From assembly GCA_964016885.1 (NCBI GenBank), contig OZ024741.1:239320001-239384000 (forward strand): a stretch of DNA of 64,000 nucleotides. Reading direction: 5' to 3'. Source of the DNA: Eledone cirrhosa. Its lineage: Eukaryota. Made by a program: the position numbers and the translations under genes. This document shows positions 49,065 through 62,387 of this stretch, piece by piece. Numbering within the stretch: position 1 is the first letter of the stretch; each line of letters begins with the position of its first letter. The notes below the pieces were generated by a model that worked only from the letters and a program-made list of their open reading frames with translations, did no database searches and was not told the origin of the DNA.

Positions 49065-49262
49065 ACCACCCTCACCAACCTGCAGGCTTAGTGTTGCTAG
49101 TAAGGCAAATCATCATCACCAACCTCAACCTGCAGGTCTAGCATTGCAAGTAAGACAAATCCCCACTTAATAGCCTAAACATGCAGGTCTAGCATTGATA
49201 GTAAGGTAAATTCCCTTCACCAACCCCAACCTGCAGACCTAGTGTGGCTAGTAAGGTAAAGC
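49065..49262. repeat. ~50-55-bp tandem repeat x4 (AACCTGCAGGTCTAGCATTGCTAGTAAGGCAAAT)
   Basis: Four imperfect units. Confidence 0.7.
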
Positions 49263-49617
49263 ACCAAAACAATAGCAATAATAAATAATATTGGGTGGAG
49301 TAGAGATAGAGTTGGAGCAACATGTAACCTGGTGATAATCACCAAATATTTAGAATGTATAATCTATGCATAGAGAAAACATATGTAATATCTGACAATA
49401 CTTAGTAAGTAATATATACCAACATTATAATCATCATTTAACATATGTTTTTTTTTCTTCATGTTAGATTGGATTGGATGGGCCATCATAGACTAAGTCA
49501 GGACTTAATCAGAGTTGCTGTCCTCCCAAATGGGCCAGGTACTCACATTTTGCTTACTTACATTCCAGTTTTGGCATAGTTTCTAAGCTGGATGCCCTTC
49601 ATATATATATATATATA

Positions 49618-50594
49618 CTAGCATTAAAGCCCGGCGTTGCTCGGGGTCAGTAAGTTACCAAAGTTAGGTTGCACCACCCATTTCATGGCAGCACTTTTTT
49701 GTCTGCCAGGCACTGGGTGAATGAATTGCAGACCTGGACTGCCGAAGCAGGAGCTGCGCCAGCAGTGACAATTGTAGTTTCGCCTATGGCTATTATCTCT
49801 GTGCAAAGAAGTGTTGAAATTTATTGTTTCACAGTACTTGCGCAACACGCACATAGACGATGCCAGCCGAACAACAGAGCTGCAATGGAGTTGTTCTGCA
49901 TGGTTGTCTAATGTGTGTTTTCTAAATTTAAGACAGTAGGGAGGGGTATGATATGGGGGAGAGTTAGCTGCTGTTTCTAGCAGGTTTGGTGACCTCATAG
50001 AGGATATGTTTTCTAAATTTAAGACAGTAGGGAGTGGTGTGATATGGGGGAGAGTTAGCTGCTGTTTCTAGCAGGTTTAGTGACCTCATAGAGGATATTG
50101 TGTATAGTAAATGAACTGATACTTCTTTCTTCCACGTTCGTTGATAGATGTTTTAAAAAAGATTTATCGCTATTTTTTTTGTTGTTGAATAAATTTATCT
50201 GTTGCTTTTGAATAATTGTTTCGTATGAAATGTAATAAGTGCTTTGTCATTGAAGTAAATAAATGTTTGACCGTTCCACACTCAAAAACAAACTTCCCTC
50301 TCTCTCTCTCCCTCTCACTCTCTCTTAAAGTTTGTAAGTTTAATCGTATATCAGAGAAAGTTGCAGCATGTATGTAGTTTTATCGAATTTTAAGAGGAGT
50401 AGAGAGAGGTAAACTGATTGTATTAGAGGGCTAAAGCGTCATGTATTTAGTTTTATCGATTATTTCCATAATTGTGGGTGAGTTTGAATGAAATAAATAG
50501 TCATTGACCTAAGTTAGACCATTTACAACATTCTTACAGACTTTGAGTCGAATCGGTTTGAAATTGTGCAAATGTATAAACATGGAACATGCAT

Positions 50595-50629
<35 letters not shown>

Positions 50630-50663
50630 ACAACAACAACAATCTGCCTTTTATAGATAATGA
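49618..50663 (-). mobile_element. Non-autonomous Helitron
   Basis: Minus strand starts A|TC and ends with hairpin CCCG-AGCAACGC-CGGG then CTAG|T; no TSD, inserted in (TA)n; internal (CA)n and a ~95-bp tandem duplication near 49915-50097. Confidence 0.75.
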
Positions 50664-50865
50664 TATATATATTTAACAGCCAACATTTATCCAACAATGT
50701 CTTTTTTTAAAAATGTAACTGGCATTGTAAAAACAGAACGTAAAAAATATGAGAGAATTTGATTCAAATATTTAAATATTTCACACGTATAAATCTATTA
50801 TTTTGGTAGAGAAGTTGTCACTATCTAAATTTACTTGCACAAGATTTTGTTAGGCAATACAATCA

Positions 50866-51204
50866 TGTAATGTGTATAGAGTGTGTAGCTTGGAGATCAG
50901 AGAGTCACTCCAGGTAGAGCCGCTACTGCTCCGAGTTGAGAGATTACAGCTCCAGTACTATGAGCATGTGGTTAGAATGTTTCGGGGAAAGAATCGCTGG
51001 ACAGATTTTACGGGCAAAACCAACCGGCAAGAGACCCAGTGGTAGACTCCGAGGAAGATGGTTGGATAACATCCATGAGCTTGGCTGGTCTTGCTTAGGG
51101 ATCCAACCAGATCAGTTGGAGAGGCTGCTTCTGACAGGCCCCACTGGAAGGAATGATTGAGGCCTCTGCCCCCTGACCCTCTCAGGATTAAGTGGGTGAA
51201 GAAG
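50866..51204 (+). mobile_element. 5'-truncated RTE-like LINE
   Basis: Translation ...KPTGKRPSGRLRGRWLDNI (RTE-type C-terminal GxRPxGRxxxRWxD), (GAA)n tail, TSD AATACAATCA (50856-50865 / 51205-51214). Confidence 0.8.
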
Positions 51205-52848
51205 AATACAATCACATGGAAATCAGGAATTTTTTATTTCAGCTTTAGCTAAATGTTGAAAATGCATAATTATCATTTTCCTTGGATAAACCTTAATTTT
51301 TAGATTTTTAACTGAAATTCGGTTTCTATTTTGGCAATAATTTTTATTTTTTTGAAGGGTGGGGAGTTGATTAAATCAACAACTACTTCACTGACACTTT
51401 ATTTTCTCAACCCCTCCTCTCCAGACACAAAAAAAGATATATATATATATAGAGAGAGAGAAAGAGAAAGGTAACGTTAACCTCAGTAACATTTGAGCAC
51501 ACAAAATAAAGAACTGGAACAAATACAGCTACGCATTTGTCTGATACCCTAACAACTCGGCCAAACAACTGCCCTCAACTGAAATATATATGAAATTTAT
51601 AAAATATAAAAAATTAGTTTTGGGGAGAAAACAGCCAAACAACTGGTAGAATGTTAAAGTAAATTATATAAATATTTGTGGTGAATCAAGTGGAGTGATG
51701 GTAAGGATATCAGTGAAATGATTCCTGGTTGAAATAATTTAAGCTTACTTATGATACTATAAACCATGGAAGAATCAAACAAATCCCTTTTTCTTTCTTC
51801 TAGGAAAACAATAGAATTGGCTGCTCATCGATGGATATAACTGATTATGAAAATAGAGGAATAATTACAAAGATTTGATTGACAATATTTGTGTAAAAAA
51901 GAAAAATGCAAATGCCTAATAAAATATATAAAAATATTAATAAACGAATGAAAAGTACTATCATTGATCTAATATTTGTAGATTCAGTTCCATTTTATAA
52001 GCCTAGACAGGAGAATACCAAACTAAATTCTATACAGTACAAGATCAAATCTAAATGTTGATGACATCCATTTCAATTAGACTACAGGATTTATGAAAAA
52101 TACCACTAATATATTGGTGTTGATTCAAACAAATCTAAACTACACCTAAAACATTGCCAATATCATCTAGTCTAAAGAAAATAATCTTTGAGATATTAAA
52201 AACAAAAACACTCATTCAAGTTTCAATTAGCCAACATCGTTTTAATGGTTAAAAAACACTAATTAATTGAAACCTGAATAAAATATGAGGAAATGTTAGA
52301 TTTAAGGAAAATACATCTATGTAGAAGAATGCAATAAAGCTGATTAAATTATAAAGTAGAAATATTTTTCCTTTCAGCAGTTTTTCCTTCCATATTGAGG
52401 CTATACTCTACAGAAAAGCAATTATCTCATGAAGACACTACACGAAAATAATATTAGAAATATTTGAATTTAGTTATATATATATATATCTTAACTTAAT
52501 AAAATTACACTAAAACAATCTGAAGTCTGAAAAACAAAAGTGAAGTGTTACTAATCAGAAAAGACAATTTGTAAAGTGAAAGAAATGTGAATATATTAAC
52601 ATAGTTAATAGGAAATTTGTGGAAAGCTGAACTGCACTAACACTAACTGCTGGTAATATTAAACAACAACAGAAGGATATGGAGAAATCTAGAATAATAA
52701 AGATGGAAAATTACAGGAAATTATGAAAAGTATTCAGAAAACTCTCCTCTGAGAATCTACAAATTTGGATTTTTAGTTTTGCAATAAAGACAATTTAAGG
52801 ATTTCATGAGTAATATTTATATGAATAAAATACCAAAGACAGACTTAC

Positions 52849-53620
52849 ATTGACTGTGTGTTGGTCCCAATGTTCTGTTGTTAATGGTTGTCTGTGGACA
52901 ATGGCTTCATGTTGATGGAATAGTGTTGGTAGTGAGTCAGTGGGAACCAGCAGTTCCTCTCAGTCTTCTCAATGTATTTGTGATGTTTACTGAGTGTGTG
53001 TGTGTATATATATATACATATGTGTGTATGTGTAAGAGAGAGAGAGAAAAGGATGGGTGATGCTTACTCCAGCCTCACACAGACTAGATGTTATTTCCTT
53101 CACAGAGAAAAAGGAGAGAGAGAAGACAATAACAGCTCCACTAACAGTTAGCCATAATATGTCTATATAATACCCGCCTTACCTAAATATATAGTAAAAC
53201 CTACTCCAGCCAGTAGGCATCTCTAACAAATACACCCCGTCCCACCACCACCACCCCGTTCTATGTAAAGTTATGTTGGTGCCGCGCCATCCAGGCCGAA
53301 ACAAATGAGATCGTGTAGGTGTCACGACAAAAAAACACACAGTCCACGCTGTAATGTGGCCGTGTAGGCAACACGGTAAAAACCTCCCAGACCCACACTG
53401 TAAATGTGGTTGGTGTTAGGAAGGGCATCCAACTGTAGAAAACCTGCCAGGCAGTCCTATGCGAGCAAGACAATCACTCTTGCCTCAAGTGGGACTACCC
53501 CCGTCCAAACCCATGCAAGCGTGGAACACGGACGTTAAACGTTGATGATGATGATGAATACCAACATGTCTGATGTAGAGGGACTGACATAGAAATAGAG
53601 AATGTTTTAAGATGTTATAT
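52849..53620 (-). promoter_or_regulatory. Promoter + leader exon 1 of Pcdh-E (copy 6), split by a retroposon; uORF1 at 52881-52910 (MKPLSTDNH*)
   Basis: Donor GTCAAT|GTAAGT (52843-52848); Inr-like 52989-52993; conserved motifs resume at 53557. Confidence 0.68.
53175..53556 (+). mobile_element. Family-3 retroposon inserted in the Pcdh-E promoter block
   Basis: (GAT)n tail, TSD AATACC (53169-53174 / 53557-53562); removing it restores GTCTATATAATACCAACATGTCTGATGTAG. Confidence 0.85.
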
Positions 53621-54208
53621 TAACAAAATATCATTAATTGATGATGTTAATATAATATAGACAATTGTACTCAAGATGTGTGTAACCTAAATATACACCA
53701 AATTCGAAATAGAAGTTATTGGTAAATATATTTCTAACAAAGGATGAATAGAATATTTAATAACAATAAATATTTGATGACCTAATTTCTGAAAATTATC
53801 AGTTACCATGATAGATATGGAGGGAATGTTTAATATATAAATGTTCTGTGGTAAGTGGTTTCTTGATAAAATCAAATTTCCTCCATTAAAAAAAAATCTA
53901 AACACAAAATCAATTTTTCAGAAATGATATTTTAGAAAAATATTGTGACTTATTTTACTTTCTGATTATCGATCTAAACCACAAATACAAAAACTATCGT
54001 GTCACACTATCTTACACCCTACATGTCACAATACCTGTTTATGTCAAATGTCTTTATTGCTATTTTCTTACATATAGTGGTCAAATGAAATATGGTTCAA
54101 AGCAGCAGAAAATTATTTGTGATACTAGAATACTGAGATTAACGATCTACTATTAAATTTTGATATTATCTGAAAGAACAGAAGTTTGCTTGTAATAACA
54201 AGAATTGA

Positions 54209-54324
54209 TTAGTTGTTTATAACATCAGGAACAGCCGGGAGTTGTCTTTCTGGAGGTTTGACATATCTGTCTTGGTACAGTTTGTCAGTGTTGGCTGAGC
54301 TATCCTGTTGTGTACCATAGATAA
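54209..54324 (-). CDS. Pcdh: Pcdh-F exon 4: VIYGTQQDSSANTDKLYQDRYVKPPERQLPAVPDVINN*
   Basis: TTTCAG acceptor, 116 nt to TAA. Confidence 0.87.
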
Positions 54325-54341
54325 CTGAAACATAGATGATA

Positions 54342-54650
54342 ATAATAATAATGAAATATTGTGTACAATGCTCAGGTGCACTACAACTCATCAAAAAGTG
54401 AATGTATAGTACATAGGGTAATGTACAAACGTCAGGAAAATGAACAGTGCATGAGTCATGATATACACGTGTGCATGTGTATGGAAGGGGTACATCAGGT
54501 GTAGTTTGGGCGTATTTCGGGAAGCATGAGGGTTTTAAAGGATGCTGTGTCTCGGCAGCTAACAACTGACGCAGGCAGTTTGTTCCATGCTTCAGCAACT
54601 TTGAGCGTGAAAAAATGTTTACGAAAGTCATGGGAGCTGTGCTGACTTTG
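54342..54650 (-). mobile_element. 5'-truncated CR1-like LINE
   Basis: Minus-strand translation FRKHFFTLKVAEAWNKLPASVVSCRDTASFK (CR1-type FF..V..WN.LP C-terminus), (ATT)n tail, TSD TAGATGATA (54333-54341 / 54651-54659). Confidence 0.82.
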
Positions 54651-54770
54651 TAGATGATATACAGAGTTAAGTTATTAATAAACATGTTATATAATTTAAC
54701 TATATTAGTATGTTATATTTTCTTCATGCTATTCTCTATTAAATATACAATAAATTTATACTGCTCTTAC

Positions 54771-54924
54771 CTGACATTGCTGGTATCTCTTCATACTGTC
54801 TGCTTGACCTTTCACTCCAGCACTGTCCACTACTCTTACGACTGGTCAATGTATCAGTGGGATAGTTAGAAGATGGTCTGTTGTCTCCATAAGATGTCAC
54901 CTCTATAGGTTGACTATATTTCTG
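54771..54924 (-). CDS. Pcdh: Pcdh-F exon 3
   Basis: 154 nt, CAGCAG acceptor, G|GTAAGA donor. Confidence 0.9.
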
Positions 54925-55667
54925 CTGTAAAATATAGTTACAATATAGGATGTAAAAATATCCTTTCATTGGTGACAGAGCAATGTATAGTATTGGTTAA
55001 ATCACAAATTTCTCTGTAGTTGTGTGAGTGTGTGTGTATGTGTATGGGTGGATGGATGTGTATTGTATTTATGAATGTATCCAGCGATAGAAAATCTATC
55101 AAACAAATGGTCAGGAAAACTCTAGTGGTGTCAAAGACATAATCCCCACTAGTGTCAGTGACCTACACAATAAACACACCTAGTACACTCTGCAAAGTGG
55201 TCAGTAGTAGGAAAGAATCTAGCCAAACAAAGGGTCAGGATGGCTCTTCAGCAGTGTCAAAGGTTTGACAACATTCCTAGTGCAGGTATAATAATAAAAT
55301 GTACTCGGTAAAGTGTGGGAATGTATGTAAGCAAAATGCAGGCATCCAGCCCATCTGACAGCTTGGTATAGTATGGGAATGTATGTCAATTAGTAACACA
55401 TTGGCAGTAAATTCATATTCACAGCAACTATTGACTATTGGAATTTCACTATTAATGTTACAGATGGAAAGAGAAATCAACAAAATATTGACTAATTTAA
55501 CAGCCTAATTAAGGTAATGTAATTATATATATTAAGTGAAACCTGTTGATGGTGTGGCCTATTAAGTCTTTTGTTACCATATTTCTAATTAAAAACACTG
55601 CCAATGTGTTTCAATTGATTTTTTTCAACAATCAAAGATATGTAGGAATTCAGTAAAATAACTCTCA

Positions 55668-55911
55668 TTGGCAGTATCGGTAGAGGGTCGGACGCCATGC
55701 TTTCCAGCATAGTTACGTCCCTTTACGATCTGAGTTCAAATCCCGCCGAGGTTGACTTTGCCTTTCATCCTTACGGGGTCGATAAAATAAAGTACCAGTA
55801 ATGCACTGGGTATTTGCTGGCCTTGTGCCAAAAGTAGAAACAATTATTAATAAAGCACCAGTAATGCACTGGGTAATTGCTGGCCTTGTGCCAAAAGTAG
55901 AAACAATTATT
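55668..55911 (+). mobile_element. Family-1 SINE with duplicated 3' end, nested in a degenerate TTAA-type MITE (~55562-56057)
   Basis: Reverse complement of the 40353-40533 copy; accagtaatgcactggg..agaaacaattatt occurs twice. Confidence 0.8.
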
Positions 55912-56745
55912 AAACTGATGCTTGAAATATTACTTGAAAAAAGTTTTAAATAAAATTATGACAGAGGGTTTTGATATAAGTATGAACTCTTTAAAATTAA
56001 CAGTTTTGTATCAAAGAACAAAGGCACTTTGAGGTACATTAGTATCAAAAAGGTTAAGGACTCAACAATTGGAAAAACTGAGAAAACAATAAAAGAGAAA
56101 TTTCAAGCAAAGCTCCTAATGAACACCACAACAGAATGAAAGAAATTATTATTACAATGAAAAAAAAAAAAAAAAAAAAAAAGAGAATGCTAGATACCAT
56201 GAATATAATTATTATAAGTTGAAATAAAGAGCAGAAATCTAAACACAATATTATTTAACTAGTGACAAGTACAGTCAATAATTACAGCAATAGCATTCAG
56301 TATATTTAATTTTTGTGGTCCAAATTTGGCATGCCATATATACCATGATTACCAGATATATGAACAATACAAATTGAGAAATTTCCGTTCTGATAAATTT
56401 ATGGTTTACATAAAAGAAACCCAATAGTAAATGTTGATTATTGACCCGTGGAAGTGATTAAACATAAAAATGATATTTTAATAATTTATTTTTAGGTTAT
56501 AATTGCATGAATTATCAAATGACATGCTGAATAACTTTGGAGAAATAACCATTTACAGAGACCTGTTTTGGTAAGCATACTTCTTATTGAACAACATGAC
56601 CGAAACAGGAAAATATGTTGTGGGAAGGTGTATGTTTGTGTGAGTAAATTTTAAAGAATTACATAGAGAAATATATGTCAATATACAAATGCACATAGCA
56701 TTTTATGGTCACTCATGACCGACATTTACATTAAAGACAACTTAC

Positions 56746-59156
56746 CCTTGTGGATTTTTGGAGAGATCTGTTCATTGTTGATATCTTCCAGTCTTCAGGA
56801 TAGTAATGGCTTCTAGACTGACTATATCTGTCTGATATCTCTCCTTGATTACCTGACATCACAGATACACTGTTGTTACCTTGATAGATCAACTGTCTCA
56901 TCTCATTACGACATTGGTATGCCTGTTTCTCTTCTGTTGTTCTAGCTGAATTATTTCTTACATTGTTACATCTCACAATACACAATGTTATAGAAACCAC
57001 AATAGCTATAGATACTATCACAGCTGCTACTACAATGATAATCAACAATGTTGCATCTATTGTGTTATCAGTTGGTACATGGACAGCTGTGAACATTGGT
57101 GATGTCTTGTTACTAACAGTCAGTGTTAAAGAGACACTAGTTGTTGCTGACAGAACTGGAGTACCACTGTCTTTCACAAGAAACTCCAGTTGATATGATC
57201 CAGCATCATTTTGGTAAACTGTACGAGAGTAAGATAAGACACCAGTGAATGAGTCCAGTTTAAATAATTGTCTCTCATTACCTGAAAGGATTTCATACCT
57301 GAGAAAAGCATTCATGTGACTATCTATATCAGAGGCTTTCAGAAGTGTGATGTCATTCTTACTTTGTGGATGATAGTGGACATCAAGAGTGAAAGGGTCA
57401 ACACTAGGATATGTAAAATATGGAGCATTATCATTTTTATCTAATACTTCCACTTCAACATTCACTGTGTTATTTAGAGATGGTGTTCCATTGTCTTTGA
57501 CTAAAACCTCAAAGTCATAGAAATCTCTGTGTTCTCTGTCTAAAGATTGGTTTGTTGAAATAAAGCCAGAGTTGATAATCTGGAATGGTAGACGATATTG
57601 GTGTTTATTTCTCAGATAATAACTTAATTCACCTCCCTTACCAACATCTGGGTCTGTAGCATTGATAAAACCAATAGGGAAATTAGCTTTGTCATTCTCA
57701 TAGGTAAGGAACTTGAATGTATCTTTGGTAAAGTGTGGTTTTACATCATTCACATCTAACACTTGTATTGAGAGATCTTTATCAGTTTTGAGAGGAGGTA
57801 ATCCTTTATCTTGACAGGAGACAGTAAAGTGATAATGTTCCTGTGTCTCTCTGTCTACTGCTTTCTTTAGAACTATTTTATATTCTTTAGATCCCATTGA
57901 CTGTAGTTTGAATGTATCATGTTTAATATTACAGCTGACCTCTCCATTGTGTCCAACATCATTGTCAGTGACCATCACATAAGCAATGAAACTACCAACT
58001 TTGATATCTTCCAGAATGGTAGCTGTGTTGTGATTCTGTGTAGAAATATAGTTGACATCAATATTTGGAGGATTGTTGTGTTGGTTGATAACATTTACCA
58101 TCACAGTTGCTATGGAACTGAGAGGTGGGTTGCCTCCATCTCTGGCTTCAATATATAATTTTAAAGAGTTCTTTGTCTCAATTTCTAATGATTGTGTTAA
58201 GAATATTTTTCCACTATATTCTTCTAAATTAAAATATCTTTTCATTTTCTCTGAAGTTTTCCTTGCAAAATAGAAAGCTATATTACCATTCCTACCAATA
58301 TCTAAATCATTGGCAGATAATGTCACTACTGGAATATTCTTTTTATGTTTATGTTCTATGGAGACATTATAGATACTTTGGGAAAATTGTGGTCTGTTGT
58401 CATTTTCATCTTTCACAGATATATTAACATTTAAAATACTTTGCTTTGGTGGAGTTCCTCCATCTTTAGCAATGACCTCAATATTATAGCTGTCTTTCTT
58501 TTCTCTGTCTAATTTATCTTCTAAGATAATTTCTAATGTTGACATTCCACCTGCTTGTTTGGCAACTGCCAAAGAAAAATGCCCATTATCTTTTTTTAAC
58601 TCATATTTAATTAAGCTGTTTTGATATCCAATGTCTTTGTCAGCAGCATTGGGTATTGATAGTTTTGATCCTTTGCTGTCTCGCTCTGAAAACTGTATAT
58701 TTACTTGTTCAGTTGGAAACTCAGGTTGGTGGTCATTGATGTCTTCTATTATGACTTTAATTTTTAATATCTTCATAAATGTCTTGGATTTGTGAACAGC
58801 AACTTTCACTATTTCAAAACATTCTTTCTCATAACTACACACAGACTCAGCATCCAATGTCTGAACAGTGTACAGTTTACCTGTTTTTGTCACATTGAAC
58901 AATTGTTCTCCCTTTTGTTGTAGTTGACTAAATGTAATTAAATCCTTTTTCTTTAAGAAGGAGTTATCTGATGTCTGTAAGTCAGGAGCAATGTCCCCTA
59001 TATAAGTATAGGGATTACTCTCTTCTTTAACATGGTATGTGATATGTTCACTTAGATAACAGTGGAAGAAAGTCAGTAAAATACACAGAAATAACAACAT
59101 CTCTGCTCTTGATGTTAATACAGTATACAGAGGAAACACAGCTTCAAATATTTAAT
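56746..59156 (-). CDS. Pcdh: Pcdh-F exon 2 (EC1-6, TM; Met at 59100)
   Basis: 802-aa cadherin ORF; acceptor TTTATTTCAG ending at 59157; donor AGG|GTAAGT. Confidence 0.95.
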
Positions 59157-60468
59157 CTGAAATAAACAAAAATATTACATTACTGAGAGTTAAAAATATA
59201 ACTTGCTGAAATATTTAGCCATCTACTCTAAATTTTCTTTTCTTTAGTTCTTGTCACATTTAAAACATGTCACATAATGTTCATATTACTCCAGGTATAT
59301 ATTGAGAAATGTTAGGTTTGCAAGGTCTACAAAATGAGGCCATGTAATGATGTTTTTTATTGTTCAAATGAAGCTAAAAGATTTGTATTCAATAAGGATA
59401 TCATTCATACCAGAAGCAATAATAGCAGTGTTAATCATTATAATTCAAATTAGCTGACATTAATATACCAAGTTCTTTTTAACTATCTCCACTACACCCC
59501 ATTTAAACACACAGACTATTGGCCCCAATTAAATTGAAGCATATGATAGTCATTGCAGACGAATTATGGGTTATACTTGAGCAATTTATCTACTACACCA
59601 TGTCACAATTATATCTAAGCAGAAATAATAAGGAATATTACAAAACTGTACTTATTTAAGAAGAATATAATAAACATTGATTAGAGAAAAAATGTTATAA
59701 CAATTACTGGCTACTCTATAATTATTATACTCAAGTAAAATAATAGTGTTAGTGTCATGATAAAATGCACTCTGTAATGTGGTTGATGTTAAGAAGGGGA
59801 TTAAACTGTAGAAAATGTGCTAAAATTGGAACATACAGGTGTGATGAGGTCCCCTGAAGGTAGTAGCAACATTGGATAAAAACTGGTTTAGCCCATAATC
59901 ACCTACAATAGCATATGTGGTTGTGAAATGATGATATTGATTATATTATTATACTTGTCCAAAAAGAATATAATAGACATTGATTGGAGAAAAATACTAT
60001 AACAGTAACTGGATACTGTAAGACAGCTTATCTGGCTGATCATTTCCAATCTATTTCCAGATATTTCAAATATTACCAACATAATATCATATGGAACACT
60101 TTGCAGAGAATCACTAACCACAAAAACTTTCCATTATACTGACTTGGAATATTATTTTCTGAACCTAAGTTATCATTCACTACTTGAGAAATTAGTGGGT
60201 AAACTCTCACCCCTATCAGCATTATAATAAGGAGTAAAGACCTCCCCTTGCTCACGAATGACCATGGGACTTGTACCTAGAAAGTTCCCCACTGAGGCAC
60301 AAGTGCAGACAGGGTTGTCTGTGGAACATCAGCAGTCGCCCATGCATACAAGTCTCCCCTCTCCACACCACCGATGTGTCTCGCTCAAGAAAACCTGGCA
60401 ATCAAACTCACAACCTTATGATTGAAAGCCCAACTACTAAGCCATGTGCCTTCACCAGCACTATAATA

Positions 60469-60508
<40 letters not shown>

Positions 60509-61401
60509 TACTCCCCTTGGGCAAGTGTGAAGAAATATGACCCAGTCTAAATATTCACTATCATCATCATTTTACGTCCGCTTTTCCTTGCTTGCAAGGG
60601 TGGGACTAAAACAAAGCTAAATTATCAAATATATATATATATCCTCCATCACATATAATCCATAACAATATTGTGAAAAATAACATCAACAAATGTTAAT
60701 ACAGAATATGTATAATATTATGGGATATGAGAAAATTGTTATATATTTTGTGTATTATTTGAAAATAAAAAAACAAAATTAAAAAATAATGCTGTATTCT
60801 TAATAACAATTCAAAATATGAAGTATGTATGTTTAAATTTTTCATAAGTGATCTACTCAAAATATGTTTAGTGGACCAAAATATTAATATTTTAATGGAG
60901 TTGATCTCAATATACACAGACATATATATGTTCCACTGTAAATGCAACTATATGTGTGTGTATGTATATATAAGTTATTTGTTCTTAATGTTCATGCATT
61001 CAGTGCAGAAGTTTAAATTTACATTCACATCACATTATACTGTAAAACCTAACAAATTTATTTTCAATGATTTCCTTTAAAGGTAATTAATAGGAATATA
61101 AAAAAGGTCAGCTTCAGCCTATAAAATATAAGAAGGAAATTTATGAAGCAGATAAATCCTATATAATAAAAATAATTATTAATACAGGAAAATAAGTTGA
61201 AACAAATATTCCTTTTCCTTATTATTACCCTACAATTGTAAGCAAAATACTTAAACCATGTTGGTAAAGAAGACATTCAATGAGAACTAATACACATCTA
61301 ATATGGCCACCATTACAATATTATATTTTGATGTTATAAAATAGCTACATATGAAGTTATTTTACATGACTGGATAAATAATATAGAATAATAAAACTTA
61401 C

Positions 61402-61800
61402 ATTCATTGTGTAAAATCCTTTGTTATAAACTGTGAGTTGGTCCCAATGTTCTGTTGTTAATGGTTGTCTGTGTCACTGCTGCTATGGTGTGACAATGGT
61501 TTCATGTTGATGGAATAGTGTTGGTAGTGAGTCAGTGGGAACCAGCAGTTCCTCTCAGTCTTCTGTGTATGTGTGATGTTTACTGAGTGTGAGTGTGTGT
61601 GAGAGAGAGGTGGGGGAGGGTGATGCTTACTCCAGCTTCACTCAGACTAGATGTGTTTCCCCTCACAGAGAAGAGGGAGAGAGAGAGAAGATGCAATATC
61701 AGCTCCACTAACAGTCAGCCATAATATATCTATATAATACCAACATGTCTGATGTAGAGAGAGGTTATATTAACAAAATATGGCTGATGTTGTTAATGTG
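61402..61800 (-). promoter_or_regulatory. Promoter + leader exon 1 of Pcdh-F (copy 7); uORF1 at 61458-61505
   Basis: Donor ATGAAT|GTAAGT (61396-61401); Inr-like 61582-61586; full motif set. Confidence 0.7.
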
Positions 61801-62268
61801 TAATATATAATATAAATACAATATTGACAATAATAGTTACTGCATGTCTGACCTAATTATAAACTCTCTTATGTGGGATATATTTACAAAAATTTACACA
61901 TATGTAAACTATGTAAAATATATTTTCTGAAATGTTAACATTTAATAATTAATTACTATAAAACTTATTTAGCTATATCATAATCAAACAAAACATTTAA
62001 AAATTTAAATTGGATTTTTCCAGAAAGAATATTTAGTTTTTAATTCTTAGCTCAGTTTACATAACTACAGTCTTAGCATTTAAGTGAAATTGTTCATGTC
62101 TAAAAATATCAATTTATACTTCCTCTCTAGAAACCTTCCTTATATACATATATATAACATATTGTCTGTAACAACATAAAGATATAGGCAATATTGTAAA
62201 AGTTTTATGTTTTTCTATATATTGAGTGTATGTTGAAGGTGATATTCTTGTTAACTTCTCAGTCTAAC

Positions 62269-62387
62269 TTAACTTACAACAACATCTGGTGTTGAAGGTA
62301 ACTGTCTCTCTGGAGGTTTCACATATCTGTCTTGGTAATGGTCTCTCTCATTGTTGCTCGACACATCAGGTGGGACACCATAGATTC
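62269..62387 (-). CDS. Pcdh: Terminal exon of upstream gene Pcdh-G: GIYGVPPDVSSNNERDHYQDRYVKPPERQLPSTPDVVVS*
   Basis: TTTCAG acceptor, 119 nt to TAA; rest of the gene lies beyond the right edge. Confidence 0.85.
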
